Positions 8,619 to 17,888 of a stretch of DNA of 64,000 nt are shown piece by piece (positions within the stretch are counted from its first letter, which is position 1; each line of letters starts with the position of its first letter). Location: positions 458-64,457 of the forward strand of contig JAYFQU010000023.1 of NCBI GenBank assembly GCA_034926785.1, in the 5' to 3' direction. This stretch comes from Christensenella sp. (GTDB lineage Bacteria > Bacillota > Clostridia > Christensenellales > CAG-138). The notes under the pieces were generated by a model, which was given only the letters and a program-made list of their open reading frames with translations, searched no databases and was not told the DNA's origin. The position numbers were made by a program, and so were the translations under genes.

Positions 8619-9689
8619 TCACATTTCCTTAAACTTCGGGTCAAACGCCTCGCGCAGGCCATCCGCCAGCATATTGAAGGAAAGCATCAACAGCGCCAGC
8701 ACAATGATTGGCGGGATGATCTGATACGGATGCGTGGTAAAGCTGTTAAACGCGTCGGAAATCAGGCTGCCAAGGCTGCACATCGGCACCGGAATACCAA
8801 GACCGACAAAACTCAAAAACGCTTCGGTGAAGATCGCCGTCGGAATGCTGAACATAATCTGCGTAATGATCGGGCCGACGATATTCGGCAGGATCTCACG
8901 GAAGATGATGTGCAGATCCCGAGCGCCGAGGGTACGGCTCGCGAGCACAAACTCGCTTTCCTTGAGCTTGAGCATCTCGGCGCGGGCAATTCTGCTCATG
9001 CCAATCCATTCCGTAATCATCAATGCAAACACGATGGTTAAAAATCCGCGCGGGAGAATGAGCATCAGCAGCGTCACAATGACCAAACGCGGGATACCGT
9101 TGATGATCTCCGCGATGCGCTGCATTACGCTATCCACGCGCCCGCCGTAGTACCCGCTGACGAGGCCGTAGGTCATGCCTATTAAGAAATCGATCAGCGC
9201 GGCGCAGAGCGCAATGCCGAGCGAGATCCGCGTGCCTTCCCAAACGCGCGTCCAGATATCGCGTCCCAGCGTATCCGAGCCGAACCAATAGTATACATCC
9301 GTCAGATTCCGTTCCTTATAGCCGTTGATCACCTTCGAGCCCGTCGTGGTGCTGAGGGTTTCATTGCCGTCGAAGATGCCGAGTTTTTCTACCCACGGCA
9401 CGCGCGGGGCAAAGTTCTTCTGCGTCAGTTTTTGGTCGGAATAGCTGTATCCGCTCATGTTCGGCCCAAATGCCGCAAAAAAGCCGATGATGAGCACCAC
9501 GATCAGCGAGATCACCGCGCCTTTGTTTTTAAAGAAACGCTTGCGAACCTCTTTCCAGAAGTTTTCGCTGGCAAAGTTGGTGTCGATGCGCGTGTCATCC
9601 GCATTTGCGCGAAAGCTGAAGTCATCCGGCTGAAACTGATACGCCGCTTCAGGCGCCGAAACGGGGTTAAGCTTTTTCTTTTGATCCAT
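8619..9689 (-). CDS. oppC: Oligopeptide ABC transporter permease
   Basis: Multi-TM BPD-transporter permease with the N-terminal OppC-type extension. ATG 9689 (MDQKKKLNP) has GGGAGA 5 nt upstream. Confidence 0.85.
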   Translation of the reverse strand: MDQKKKLNPVSAPEAAYQFQPDDFSFRANADDTRIDTNFASENFWKEVRKRFFKNKGAVISLIVVLIIGFFAAFGPNMSGYSYSDQKLTQKNFAPRVPWVEKLGIFDGNETLSTTTGSKVINGYKERNLTDVYYWFGSDTLGRDIWTRVWEGTRISLGIALCAALIDFLIGMTYGLVSGYYGGRVDSVMQRIAEIINGIPRLVIVTLLMLILPRGFLTIVFALMITEWIGMSRIARAEMLKLKESEFVLASRTLGARDLHIIFREILPNIVGPIITQIMFSIPTAIFTEAFLSFVGLGIPVPMCSLGSLISDAFNSFTTHPYQIIPPIIVLALLMLSFNMLADGLREAFDPKFKEM

Positions 9690-9690
9690 A

Positions 9691-10626
9691 TCAGTCTCCC
9701 TTCTTCGCAACGCGGATTCTCGGGTCGATCACGCCATACAGAATATCGACCAGCAGCATGATGCCGATATACATCGCGCTGTAGATAAAGCTCAGCGCGA
9801 TAACGACGTTGTAATCGTTGCTTTGAATCGCCGTGACGAGCAGGCTGCCAACGCCCGGTATTGAGAATATCTTTTCCACGACGAGACTGCCCGTCATGAG
9901 GTCAACAATCAGCGGCGCAAGCACCGTAACGATCGGAATCAGCGCGTTTCTAAGCGCATGCTGCAGGATCAGCGGCGAACCGCTGATGCCCTTGCTTTCA
10001 GCCAGCAGCATATAGTCGCTGCTAAGCACCTCCAGCATCTCGGTTCGCGTAAAGCGCGCAATCGAAGCCAGCGTAAAGAGGCTCAGCGCGATGCTCGGCA
10101 TCACGCTTGAGGCAAACGCCGCCTGATTGGAATACAGCATGGGAAACCAGCTGAGCTTAAAGCCCAGCGTATAGCTCAGCGCCAATGCAAACACATAGCT
10201 TGGGATCGAAACGCCGATGACCGAGATCACGGTGCAGACTGTATCCCAAATCGTGTTGTGTTTCAGCGCCGCAACAATGCCAAGCAGCAGCCCGAACACC
10301 GCGCCGAGCGAGACCGCAAACCCGCCAACGCGGATGCTGATGGGCAGCCTTGATTCGATGAGTTGGCTGATTGGCGTATTCTTGCTGATCTTGTAACTAA
10401 CGCCAAAATCTCCCTTGAACATATTGACGACATAGCGGAAAAACTGAACGATGAGCGGCTGATCAAGGCCGTATTTTGCATTCAGCGCCGCATGCTGCTC
10501 GGGCGTGAGTTTCTCGTCGTTAAACGGCGAACCCGGCATCAGCTGGAGCAGAATAAACAGCACCAGCGTAATGGCGAGCAAAGTAAAAATGGATATCAGT
10601 ATGCGCTTGAGAACGTATTTCCTCAC
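9691..10626 (-). CDS. oppB: Oligopeptide ABC transporter permease
   Basis: The N-terminus (V)RKYVLKRILISIFTLLAITLVLF and the motif SPFNDEKLTPEQ are typical of OppB/DppB. A GTG start at 10626 sits behind GGAGGGGGACGGAGA. Confidence 0.85.
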   Translation of the reverse strand: MRKYVLKRILISIFTLLAITLVLFILLQLMPGSPFNDEKLTPEQHAALNAKYGLDQPLIVQFFRYVVNMFKGDFGVSYKISKNTPISQLIESRLPISIRVGGFAVSLGAVFGLLLGIVAALKHNTIWDTVCTVISVIGVSIPSYVFALALSYTLGFKLSWFPMLYSNQAAFASSVMPSIALSLFTLASIARFTRTEMLEVLSSDYMLLAESKGISGSPLILQHALRNALIPIVTVLAPLIVDLMTGSLVVEKIFSIPGVGSLLVTAIQSNDYNVVIALSFIYSAMYIGIMLLVDILYGVIDPRIRVAKKGD

Positions 10627-10822
10627 GTCGTCTCCGTCCCCCTCCACAAAAACAAAATTGCGGCACGCGGCCGCCCGTTACAAAACAGCGGTTAACCCGA
10701 TTTAACATACCTGTTTCGGGGCAATACGAAACAAGTACGCGCCGTACAGCAATCTTGACTGTAGATCAAAACCACTGCACGGCGCGTTCGCTGATCCGGT
10801 TTTACGCGTCAGTCGTCAAAGA

Positions 10823-12529
10823 TCAGTTCTTGGCCGCGTCCTTGAATACGCGGTTCAGAGCGACGGGATGGAACTCAATCCCGGTAACGTTCGGGTTGAT
10901 CAAGGTCGCGTTGCACTGTGTGTACAGCGGGAAGATGACCGCCTGTTCCATCACGATCTTCTCCGCGCTCTTCAGCGCCGCCCAGCGGCCGGTCGCATCC
11001 TGCGCCAGATTGCCCGTGGTGCACTGCGCAATCAGCGCATCGTAGTCCGCGTTGGACCAGAGACCGTAGTTGTTGCTGTTGCCGGTTACCCACATGCCGA
11101 GGTAGGTCATCGGGTCGGCATAGTCCGGACCCCAACGGGTCAAACCGAGGCAATAGTTGCCATCCTGCAGGTCCTGGACACGCTGTTTTTTCGGTTCAAC
11201 CTTGAGGTTAATGGTCACGCCGGGGAGCGCGCTCTCCAGCATTTCCTTGATCACGGCGCCAACATTCTGCTGAATCTCGGTGTCGTCAAGCACCATTTCA
11301 AAGGTAAACGAATCCTTGCCAAGCTCCGCCTTCGCCGCTTCATAATACTGGGTCGCCTTTGCAAGATCGTATGCGCAGACATCCGCAAACTCTGCCTGAT
11401 CGGCGGAGAAGTCGTCGCCCGCGGGGCCGGTTGCAAACTGCGGCGGAACCGCCGTATAGGTCGCGGTAGAGCCATCTTTCACAACGCTGTCAACAATGGT
11501 CTGGCGATCCAGCGCAAAGGTCATCGCCATGCGCAGATTCAGGTTAGCAAGTTCCGGATAGGTGGTAACGTTGGGCGTAACATACCAGAGGTACCCCGCG
11601 CCAACGCTCTTAAACGCCGGATCATCCTTCACCTGGTCGACCTGGTCGCCGGAGACGAGGATGGTGTCAAGATCGCCGCTTTGATAGCTCAAAAGCGCCT
11701 GCTGGCTCTCCTTGATGACCTGATAGTTCAGGCCGTCAATCTGAATACGAGCCGCATCATAATAGGTTGGGTTCTTCGCCAGCGTAAAATTCGTCGCCGC
11801 CGGCTCATAGCTCGTGGCAATAAACGCACCGTTGCTCAGAAGGGTTTCCGGGCTTGTGGCATAGCTGTCGCCGCAAGCCTCAAAGAACTTCTGATTGACC
11901 GGATAGAAGGTCGGGAAATACAGAATCTGATTGAAATACGCAACCGGAACCTCCAACTGCACCTGGAGGGTCTTCTCGTCCAGCGCGGTTACGCCAAGAT
12001 CGGTGACCGGCAGCGTTCCCGCGATGATGGCCGCGGCGTTTTTCACCTGACCGATGTCGCTGAACATATAGGAATATTCGCTCGCAAGCGCCGGATCAAC
12101 CGCACGCTGCCAGCCAAACACGAAGTCTGCCGCCGTCACCGGGTCGCCGTTGCTCCAAACCGCGTCGTCGCGGATTTTGAAGGTGTAGGTCAGGCCGTCT
12201 TCGCTAACGGTTTCATCAGCGCAGAGCGCGTCGATCACGCCGCCATTGGCATCCATCTGTTTGAGACCGTCGGTGATGTCCGCAATCACTTCAAAGCTCG
12301 TGCCGTCGGTCGCAACCTGCGGGTCGAGGCTCTCAACCTCTACCTCGATCATGACATTGACGACTTTGGGTTCCGCAGTCGCCGGGGCTTCCGCTGCGGG
12401 GGCGGCGGTCGCTTCCGCTGCGGCTGCCGTGTCCGCGCTCGCGGGGGCGGCGGTCTGGCCGCATGCCGCAAAGCTGACTACCATGGCGAGACCCAGCAGG
12501 ATCGCGCCAAGACGTTTGAACAGACTCAT
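10823..12529 (-). CDS. oppA: Peptide ABC transporter substrate-binding lipoprotein (family 5 SBP)
   Basis: Signal peptide plus lipobox MSLFKRLGAILLGLAMVVSFAAC, then an Ala/Glu/Pro/Thr-rich linker and a family-5 SBP body. Start trimmed from 12610 to ATG 12529 (12535 is also possible) behind GGAGAA. Confidence 0.85.
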   Translation of the reverse strand: MSLFKRLGAILLGLAMVVSFAACGQTAAPASADTAAAAEATAAPAAEAPATAEPKVVNVMIEVEVESLDPQVATDGTSFEVIADITDGLKQMDANGGVIDALCADETVSEDGLTYTFKIRDDAVWSNGDPVTAADFVFGWQRAVDPALASEYSYMFSDIGQVKNAAAIIAGTLPVTDLGVTALDEKTLQVQLEVPVAYFNQILYFPTFYPVNQKFFEACGDSYATSPETLLSNGAFIATSYEPAATNFTLAKNPTYYDAARIQIDGLNYQVIKESQQALLSYQSGDLDTILVSGDQVDQVKDDPAFKSVGAGYLWYVTPNVTTYPELANLNLRMAMTFALDRQTIVDSVVKDGSTATYTAVPPQFATGPAGDDFSADQAEFADVCAYDLAKATQYYEAAKAELGKDSFTFEMVLDDTEIQQNVGAVIKEMLESALPGVTINLKVEPKKQRVQDLQDGNYCLGLTRWGPDYADPMTYLGMWVTGNSNNYGLWSNADYDALIAQCTTGNLAQDATGRWAALKSAEKIVMEQAVIFPLYTQCNATLINPNVTGIEFHPVALNRVFKDAAKN

Positions 12530-12948
12530 TACCATTTTCTCCTTCCATTTTGTATTGTATGCGTCCCAAAGATCGAACTTAGGGCCTTCGGTCCTATGAA
12601 CTATATACAATATATTTTATATAGAATAGCACCGCGCACAACCCAAGTCAATCATATATGTTAAATTGTTTCATCTGCCTTTTCGCGCAATGCTGCGGCG
12701 CTATTCGCCGACCCATCCGCGCCGCGAGACAAGGCGCAGGAACCTGCGGCCTGGCGAAAAAAAACCGGCGCAGACCTTTGATCTTTGTTTGGCCAATATT
12801 CGTCCGGATGCATTTTCTTTCGTTTTTAACGGCGTATTATTATTCACTAAAATCGCATATTAATACGCTCCGTTTTGGATTTCTTTTGATTTTCGGAGCT
12901 AATAGTGTATTTTCTACATAAATACCTTTCATAATTATAAATTTCTTA

Positions 12949-12977
12949 TTGACAACGTTGCATGACTATGCTATTTT
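12949..12977 (+). promoter_or_regulatory. Candidate sigma-70 promoter for the amino-acid ABC operon
   Basis: TTGACA (12949-12954), a 17-nt spacer, then TATTTT (12972-12977). It is followed by the 20-bp imperfect palindrome GGAGTTGAACGTTCAGCTCC (12990-13009). Confidence 0.35.
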
Positions 12978-13034
12978 AATGCAAACAACGGAGTTGAACG
13001 TTCAGCTCCTATTTACTTTAGGAGGTTCGGATAG

Positions 13035-13895
13035 ATGAAAAAATTACTCGCCCTAGTGCTGGCCGCTCTGATGATGATGTCCCTTGCGGCATGCGCCGCG
13101 CAGGATGCCGCCGCCGTTGCGGACGCGACCGCGGCGCCGGAAGCGACCGCCGCCACCGAAGAAGCGGCAGCCGGCGCAATCGACATGTCCGCCGTCAAGT
13201 TCATACAGGATGGCGTGCTAAGCGTCGGCATGGAGATCGGTTATCCCCCGTTTGAGGATCTGGCCGAAGACGGCACCACCCCCATCGGCTACGACGTTGA
13301 TTTCGCCAAAGCGCTCGGTGAGAAGCTCGGTGTGGCGGTTACCTTCGTCAACACCGCGTGGGACGGTATTTTCCAGGGCATCGGCGTGAACTATGACTGC
13401 GTCATCTCCGCCGTTACCATCACCGACGAACGCAAGGAGTCCATGCTCTTCTCCGAGCCGTATATCAGCAACTATCAGGCCGTCGTCGTGCGCAAGGACA
13501 GCCCGCTAAAGATCAATAGCTTTCTCGATCTAAACGGCCTCGCAATCGCCGTGCAGAAGGAAACGACTTCCGATATTCTGATGTCGGACTATGTCAGCAC
13601 CGGTTCGATCAACAGTACGATCTCCGCCAACGAGAAGGTTCCAACCTGCTTCACCCAGCTGGAAAACGGCGAAGTGGACGTTGTGGTCGTAGACTCCAGC
13701 GTTGCGGATGGTTACCTTGCCTCCAACCCGGATAAGTTCGTCAAGGCGTTCCAGGACGAGAGCGAGCCGCAGGAGTTCGGCGTCGCCGTGGCAAAGGACA
13801 ACACCGCTCTGCAGGCTGCCATCAATCAGGCAATTACGCAGCTCACCGCAGAGGGCTACTTTGAAGAGAGCGTTGCGTATTGGTTCGGCAAATAA
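13035..13895 (+). CDS. Polar amino-acid ABC transporter substrate-binding lipoprotein (family 3 SBP)
   Basis: Lipobox LAAC, an Ala-rich linker, then GMEIGYPPFE...GYDVDFAKALGEKLG...WDGIFQG, typical of the HisJ/GlnH family. GGAGG RBS. Confidence 0.85.
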   Translation: MKKLLALVLAALMMMSLAACAAQDAAAVADATAAPEATAATEEAAAGAIDMSAVKFIQDGVLSVGMEIGYPPFEDLAEDGTTPIGYDVDFAKALGEKLGVAVTFVNTAWDGIFQGIGVNYDCVISAVTITDERKESMLFSEPYISNYQAVVVRKDSPLKINSFLDLNGLAIAVQKETTSDILMSDYVSTGSINSTISANEKVPTCFTQLENGEVDVVVVDSSVADGYLASNPDKFVKAFQDESEPQEFGVAVAKDNTALQAAINQAITQLTAEGYFEESVAYWFGK

Positions 13896-13944
13896 GCAAT
13901 CGAACCACTACCCCCTACCCAACTGATAGGATAAGCGGGATAAG

Positions 13945-14985
13945 ATGAGTATTTTCAAAAAACTCGTTACCATTAAAAACTGGAAACAGTCGTCCAAAAC
14001 AGTCGCCATAATCATTATGGCGACTGTGGCGCTTGTTTTCGTATTCTCCTCCATCAACGTTTCGGAGCAGGACATGCTGAATCACGCCTCCGGCGAGGTT
14101 AAGCAGCTCATCGAGGAGGAGAAAACCAGCAGCAGAAAGTCCCTCACCATCACCTATAACGACCTCGGCGTCGTGAGTTATATCTCCTTCACCACCTCCG
14201 GCGCAAAATCGATCAAAGAAGCCTATGTCGGCTTTGCCGGCTCGATTTACAGCGCGGACGAGGGAGCGGGTAAGTTCGCAGGGCAGATGGTGAACTACAC
14301 CTACCGCATGCTGGGCTCCGGCGAAAACCTTCTCCACGGCGTCAAGCTTACGCTTCTGCTGACCACGCTTTCCATGGTCATCGGCGCCGCGATGAGCATT
14401 TTTCTCGCCCTGGGCAAGATTTCGGAGAATCCGTTCATCAGCAAGATCAGCAGCGCGTATATCTTCTTCTTCCGGGGAACGCCGCTGCTCATCCAGATGT
14501 TTGTGGTCTATTTTTCAGCCCCGGTCATCTTCAATTTCTCCTGGCGGGGCCTGTTCAACGCCGCAGATCCGGAGGCCGTTTACAAGGGTGCGTTCATCGC
14601 CGCTTTGATTGCGTTTTCGCTGAACGCGGCCGCCTACTGCGCGGAGATCGTCCGCGCGGCGATCCAGTCGATCGACAAGGGTCAGAACGAGGCTGCAAAG
14701 GCGCTCGGCATGAGCTATGGCCAGATGATGCGCACCATCATCATCCCCCAGTCCTTCCGCCGCATGATTCCCCCGCTGTGCAATGAGTTTGTGATGATGA
14801 TCAAGGACGTTTCGCTCGTCTTCGCCATCTCGCTGATGGACATCACAACGATTTCCAAAACCATCATGACGAGCGAGGGCAACTATCTTGTGTTTATTCC
14901 CGCACTGTTGATCTATCTTGTCATCACGGCGATCTTCACGTTTATCTTTGGCAGGATTGAAAAACGACTTTCGATATATGAGTAG
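13945..14985 (+). CDS. Amino-acid ABC transporter permease (His/Glu/Gln/Arg/opine family) with a ~130-aa N-terminal extension
   Basis: The core reads FFFRGTPLLIQMFVVYF...EAAKALGMSYGQMMRTIIIPQ. The extension contains one TM segment (TVAIIIMATVALVFVF). Confidence 0.8.
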   Translation: MSIFKKLVTIKNWKQSSKTVAIIIMATVALVFVFSSINVSEQDMLNHASGEVKQLIEEEKTSSRKSLTITYNDLGVVSYISFTTSGAKSIKEAYVGFAGSIYSADEGAGKFAGQMVNYTYRMLGSGENLLHGVKLTLLLTTLSMVIGAAMSIFLALGKISENPFISKISSAYIFFFRGTPLLIQMFVVYFSAPVIFNFSWRGLFNAADPEAVYKGAFIAALIAFSLNAAAYCAEIVRAAIQSIDKGQNEAAKALGMSYGQMMRTIIIPQSFRRMIPPLCNEFVMMIKDVSLVFAISLMDITTISKTIMTSEGNYLVFIPALLIYLVITAIFTFIFGRIEKRLSIYE

Positions 14986-14994
14986 GGCGCAGCA

Positions 14995-15765
14995 ATGAGT
15001 GAATATCAGTATATCCTTCAAACAGAGCACCTCTATAAGAGCTTTGGCTCGCTGGAGGTTCTCAAAGATGTCAACCTGGCCGTGAAAAAGGGAGAGGTGA
15101 TCTGCATCATCGGCCCGTCCGGCGCAGGAAAATCGACCTATCTCCGCTCGCTGAATCAACTGGAGAAAATCACGAGCGGGAAGATCTTTGTCAAGGACGA
15201 ACTGTTTTTGCATCGGGAGCATAACAGGACGATCCATCGCGCGGATCCGGAGGCGCAGAAGGCCATGCTTCTGGAGATGGGCATGGTGTTCCAGCGGTTC
15301 AACCTCTTTCCGCATAAAACCGTGCTTGAAAACGTCATGATCGCGCAGGTTCTCGTCCGCAAAAAGAGCAAGGAAGCCGCAAAGGCGCTCGCGGTGGATA
15401 TCATTGACCGCGTGGGTCTATCCGACAAGTTGGACGTCTATCCCAGCAAGCTCTCCGGCGGGCAGCAGCAGCGCGTTGCTATCGCGCGCGCGCTCGCAAT
15501 GGAGCCTGAAATCATGCTGTTTGACGAACCCACCAGCGCGCTCGATCCGGAGCTGGTCGGCGAGGTGCTCAACGTCATGAAAGCGCTCGCCAAGCAGGGC
15601 ATGACAATGCTCTGCGTCACCCACGAGATGGGGTTCGCACGCGAGGTTGCCGACCGCGTGGTCTTTATGGCGGACGGCATGATCCTCGAAGAGGGCAGCC
15701 CCAAAGATCTCTTCGATCACCCACAGAACGAGAAGGCGATCAGCTTCCTGAAGAGCGTTCTGTAG
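14995..15765 (+). CDS. Amino-acid ABC transporter ATP-binding protein
   Basis: [50 protein letters not shown] (GlnQ/HisP-like). Confidence 0.88.
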   Translation: MSEYQYILQTEHLYKSFGSLEVLKDVNLAVKKGEVICIIGPSGAGKSTYLRSLNQLEKITSGKIFVKDELFLHREHNRTIHRADPEAQKAMLLEMGMVFQRFNLFPHKTVLENVMIAQVLVRKKSKEAAKALAVDIIDRVGLSDKLDVYPSKLSGGQQQRVAIARALAMEPEIMLFDEPTSALDPELVGEVLNVMKALAKQGMTMLCVTHEMGFAREVADRVVFMADGMILEEGSPKDLFDHPQNEKAISFLKSVL

Positions 15766-15810
15766 CAAGGCTGGCTCGGCTCCGCCAAAACTTCAAAACC
15801 AGATCAAGAA

Positions 15811-15853
15811 CCCGCCGGTTGTGTCTGTGCGACAGGACCGGCGGGCGTTTTTT
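15811..15853 (+). terminator. Rho-independent terminator between convergent operons
   Basis: CCCGCCGGT-n17-ACCGGCGGG followed by CGTTTTTTATT. It sits between the amino-acid ABC ATPase stop and the stop of the His-rich gene. Confidence 0.75.
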
Positions 15854-16280
15854 ATTGGTTCAGCAAGAAAAGGCACTCCGATACTTTGGCATTGGCCGAG
15901 GTGTAATCCAGAATAGCGGACTCCAGCGCATCCGCCGCGTCTTTATGATCCAGCCGGCGCAGCTGGTCCGCGCAGGCCGCAAGCTCCGCGCAGCTATGGC
16001 TGATTTGCCCCAGCGGACCGCGGATCGCGTCCATCGCCTCATCCAGATCCGATTCGGTCAGGAGTTCGTGCGTATGGGAATGGTCGCCAGCGTGCGCGTG
16101 GTCGTGGTCATGCACAACCGAATGCGTGTGTTCATGCGTATGCACGGTTGCAGGCGGCAGTCCCTCGTGGCTGTGCGCGTGCTCACCCGTATGCGTGTGC
16201 AGATGTGAGTGCGCGGCTTCATGCGCGTGTTCATGCGCGTGGTGCGCGCCTCCGCTTTGGTCAACGCCGTCGTGCATCAT
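15852..16280 (-). CDS. Histidine-rich small protein; putative Ni/Co-binding chaperone or buffer co-transcribed with cbiMQO
   Basis: 142 aa. By my count 24 of the first 73 residues are His, in HxH arrays (HHAHEHAHEAAHSHLHTHTGEHAHSH...HTHEHTH...HDHDHAHAGDHSHTHE). A non-repetitive helical C-terminal half follows. Strong RBS GGAAGAGGGGGAA. The gap after the cbiO stop is 17 nt. Confidence 0.65.
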   Translation of the reverse strand: MMHDGVDQSGGAHHAHEHAHEAAHSHLHTHTGEHAHSHEGLPPATVHTHEHTHSVVHDHDHAHAGDHSHTHELLTESDLDEAMDAIRGPLGQISHSCAELAACADQLRRLDHKDAADALESAILDYTSANAKVSECLFLLNQ

Positions 16281-16297
16281 TGATTCCCCCTCTTCCT

Positions 16298-16999
16298 TTA
16301 TAATCCCGCCTCTTCCAGCAATTTCTCGTTCGAAAACACATCTGCCGGCAGATCATCCGCGATCAGACTTCCGTTTTTGAGCACGAGCACCCGGTTGCAG
16401 GCGCGTGAGACCAGATCGATATCGTGCGTTGCGACGATGCGCGCCGCCGCCATCGTGCGCAGCAGATGGATAAAATTCCGTTTGCTGCGCGGGTCGAGAA
16501 AAGCGGTCGGTTCGTCAAACAGCATCAGGTGCGGATCCATGCTGAGCACGGTCGCGATGGCCGCGCTCCGCTTCTCCCCGCCGGAGAGCCGATAGGGCGG
16601 GCGCTCCGCGAGATGCTCAATGTTCAGATGCCGCAAGGTGTGGCGCACCTTTTGGTCGATTGTCTCCGGGGAATAGCCGCGATGCCGCAGGCCGAAGGCG
16701 ACATCCTCATAGATGGTCGGCATAAAGAGCTGATCGTCCGGGTTTTGAAACACCATGCCGATCATATTCCGAATCAAAGCAAGATTCTCCCGTTTCAACG
16801 CTACGCCGTCCACCGTCACCGTCCCTGTTTCCGGCGTCAGGAGGCCGCAGAGGATGGAGAGCAGCGTGGATTTCCCCGCTCCGTTGCCGCCAACGAGGCC
16901 GACACAGTCCGTCGTCTCCACACAAAACGAAACGCCGCCAAGCGCGCGGACGCCGTTCGGGTAGGTATAGGACAGGTTTTCTACAGACAATAGCGCCAT
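16298..16999 (-). CDS. cbiO: ECF transporter ATPase component (cobalt/nickel type)
   Basis: [36 protein letters not shown]. It is adjacent to cbiQ/cbiM homologs. Confidence 0.85.
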   Translation of the reverse strand: MALLSVENLSYTYPNGVRALGGVSFCVETTDCVGLVGGNGAGKSTLLSILCGLLTPETGTVTVDGVALKRENLALIRNMIGMVFQNPDDQLFMPTIYEDVAFGLRHRGYSPETIDQKVRHTLRHLNIEHLAERPPYRLSGGEKRSAAIATVLSMDPHLMLFDEPTAFLDPRSKRNFIHLLRTMAAARIVATHDIDLVSRACNRVLVLKNGSLIADDLPADVFSNEKLLEEAGL

Positions 17000-17016
17000 G
17001 TTTTACTCCAGATTCC

Positions 17017-17880
17017 CTATAAAAACAGCCTGCCGAGCGATTCCAGCAGGGTCGAAACGCCAACCGCGCGAATAAAAATCAGCAGTGCGGATATGCCAAT
17101 GGCAAATAGGCGGCTCTTTTTATCCGCCTTCTCCCTGCCCGTCTCTGGAAATGTCCCGTCAAACCCGCGACATTGCATCGCGCGGTAGACGCGCTCCGCG
17201 CGGTCGATACTGCGCAGCAGAAGCTGCCCGATAAACGCGCCGAGGTGCTCCATCTCCAGTCCGTTCTGCTTCACCGCGCGCAGATGATACGCACGCGTCA
17301 TGTTTCTCGCCTCCGACGCAAGCAGGGCCAGATAGCGAAAGCAGAGCATTACCGTTGTGGTGAAGATGCGCGGCAGCCGCAACCGCTGCATTTGACCAAG
17401 CAGCGCATTCGCCGGCGTCGTTGCGGCGAGGATCACCACTGCGCTCACGGTGAGCAGCGCTTTTTCGAGCAGCACGGCGCAGGAGAGCACCCCGTAGGAA
17501 ACGCCCGCCGGCGCAAGGGCCCGCTCGAAGAGGATATTGGATAACCCCGCAAACAGCACGAACGGTAGCGCCGGGAACGCTCGCTTTGCGATGGCGCCGA
17601 GCGGCAGTTCACCCAGTGCAATCAACAGCGCGGGATAAAAGAAATAGATTGTGAGTCCCGCGGCGTCATATCGGCCGGAGGAGATCACGCAGACGATGAA
17701 CACCAGCGTGACGACGAGTTTTGCCATCGGATGCAGCGCATGCACCGGTGAATGCCGGTTCGCCAGCTCATCCAGAGCAAAAAACGAATCTAAGGTGTTG
17801 GAGATCTTCTGCATTGCGCTCCTGTGGCGGAACAAAACTGTCCCCGGCGTTTCTGTTTTAAGGTCACTAGCAAGGCTCAC
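17017..17880 (-). CDS. cbiQ: ECF transporter transmembrane (T) component
   Basis: ...SPVHALHPMAKLVVTLVFIV... is typical of the CbiQ/EcfT N-terminal region, and the protein is multi-TM. A GTG start at 17880 lies 4 nt after GGGAG. An internal ATG 17811 is possible. Confidence 0.8.
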   Translation of the reverse strand: MSLASDLKTETPGTVLFRHRSAMQKISNTLDSFFALDELANRHSPVHALHPMAKLVVTLVFIVCVISSGRYDAAGLTIYFFYPALLIALGELPLGAIAKRAFPALPFVLFAGLSNILFERALAPAGVSYGVLSCAVLLEKALLTVSAVVILAATTPANALLGQMQRLRLPRIFTTTVMLCFRYLALLASEARNMTRAYHLRAVKQNGLEMEHLGAFIGQLLLRSIDRAERVYRAMQCRGFDGTFPETGREKADKKSRLFAIGISALLIFIRAVGVSTLLESLGRLFL

Positions 17881-17888
17881 TGCGCTCC

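Noticed and set aside
10868-12664. 598-aa ORF on the + strand
   Set aside because: It is antisense to the oppA-like gene, which has a clear lipoprotein signal and SBP motifs. Its translation is Arg/Gly/Leu-rich low-complexity sequence with no RBS. This is a typical shadow ORF in GC-rich DNA.
16126-16380. Cys-rich 84-aa ORF (+ strand), plus other alternative frames (15819-16208 +, 16058-16264 -) over the His-rich gene
   Set aside because: They are frame or strand shadows of the CAC/CAT-rich repeat. They have no RBS and run into cbiO. The His-rich frame has a strong RBS, correct operon spacing and a non-repetitive C-terminal domain ending at a terminator.
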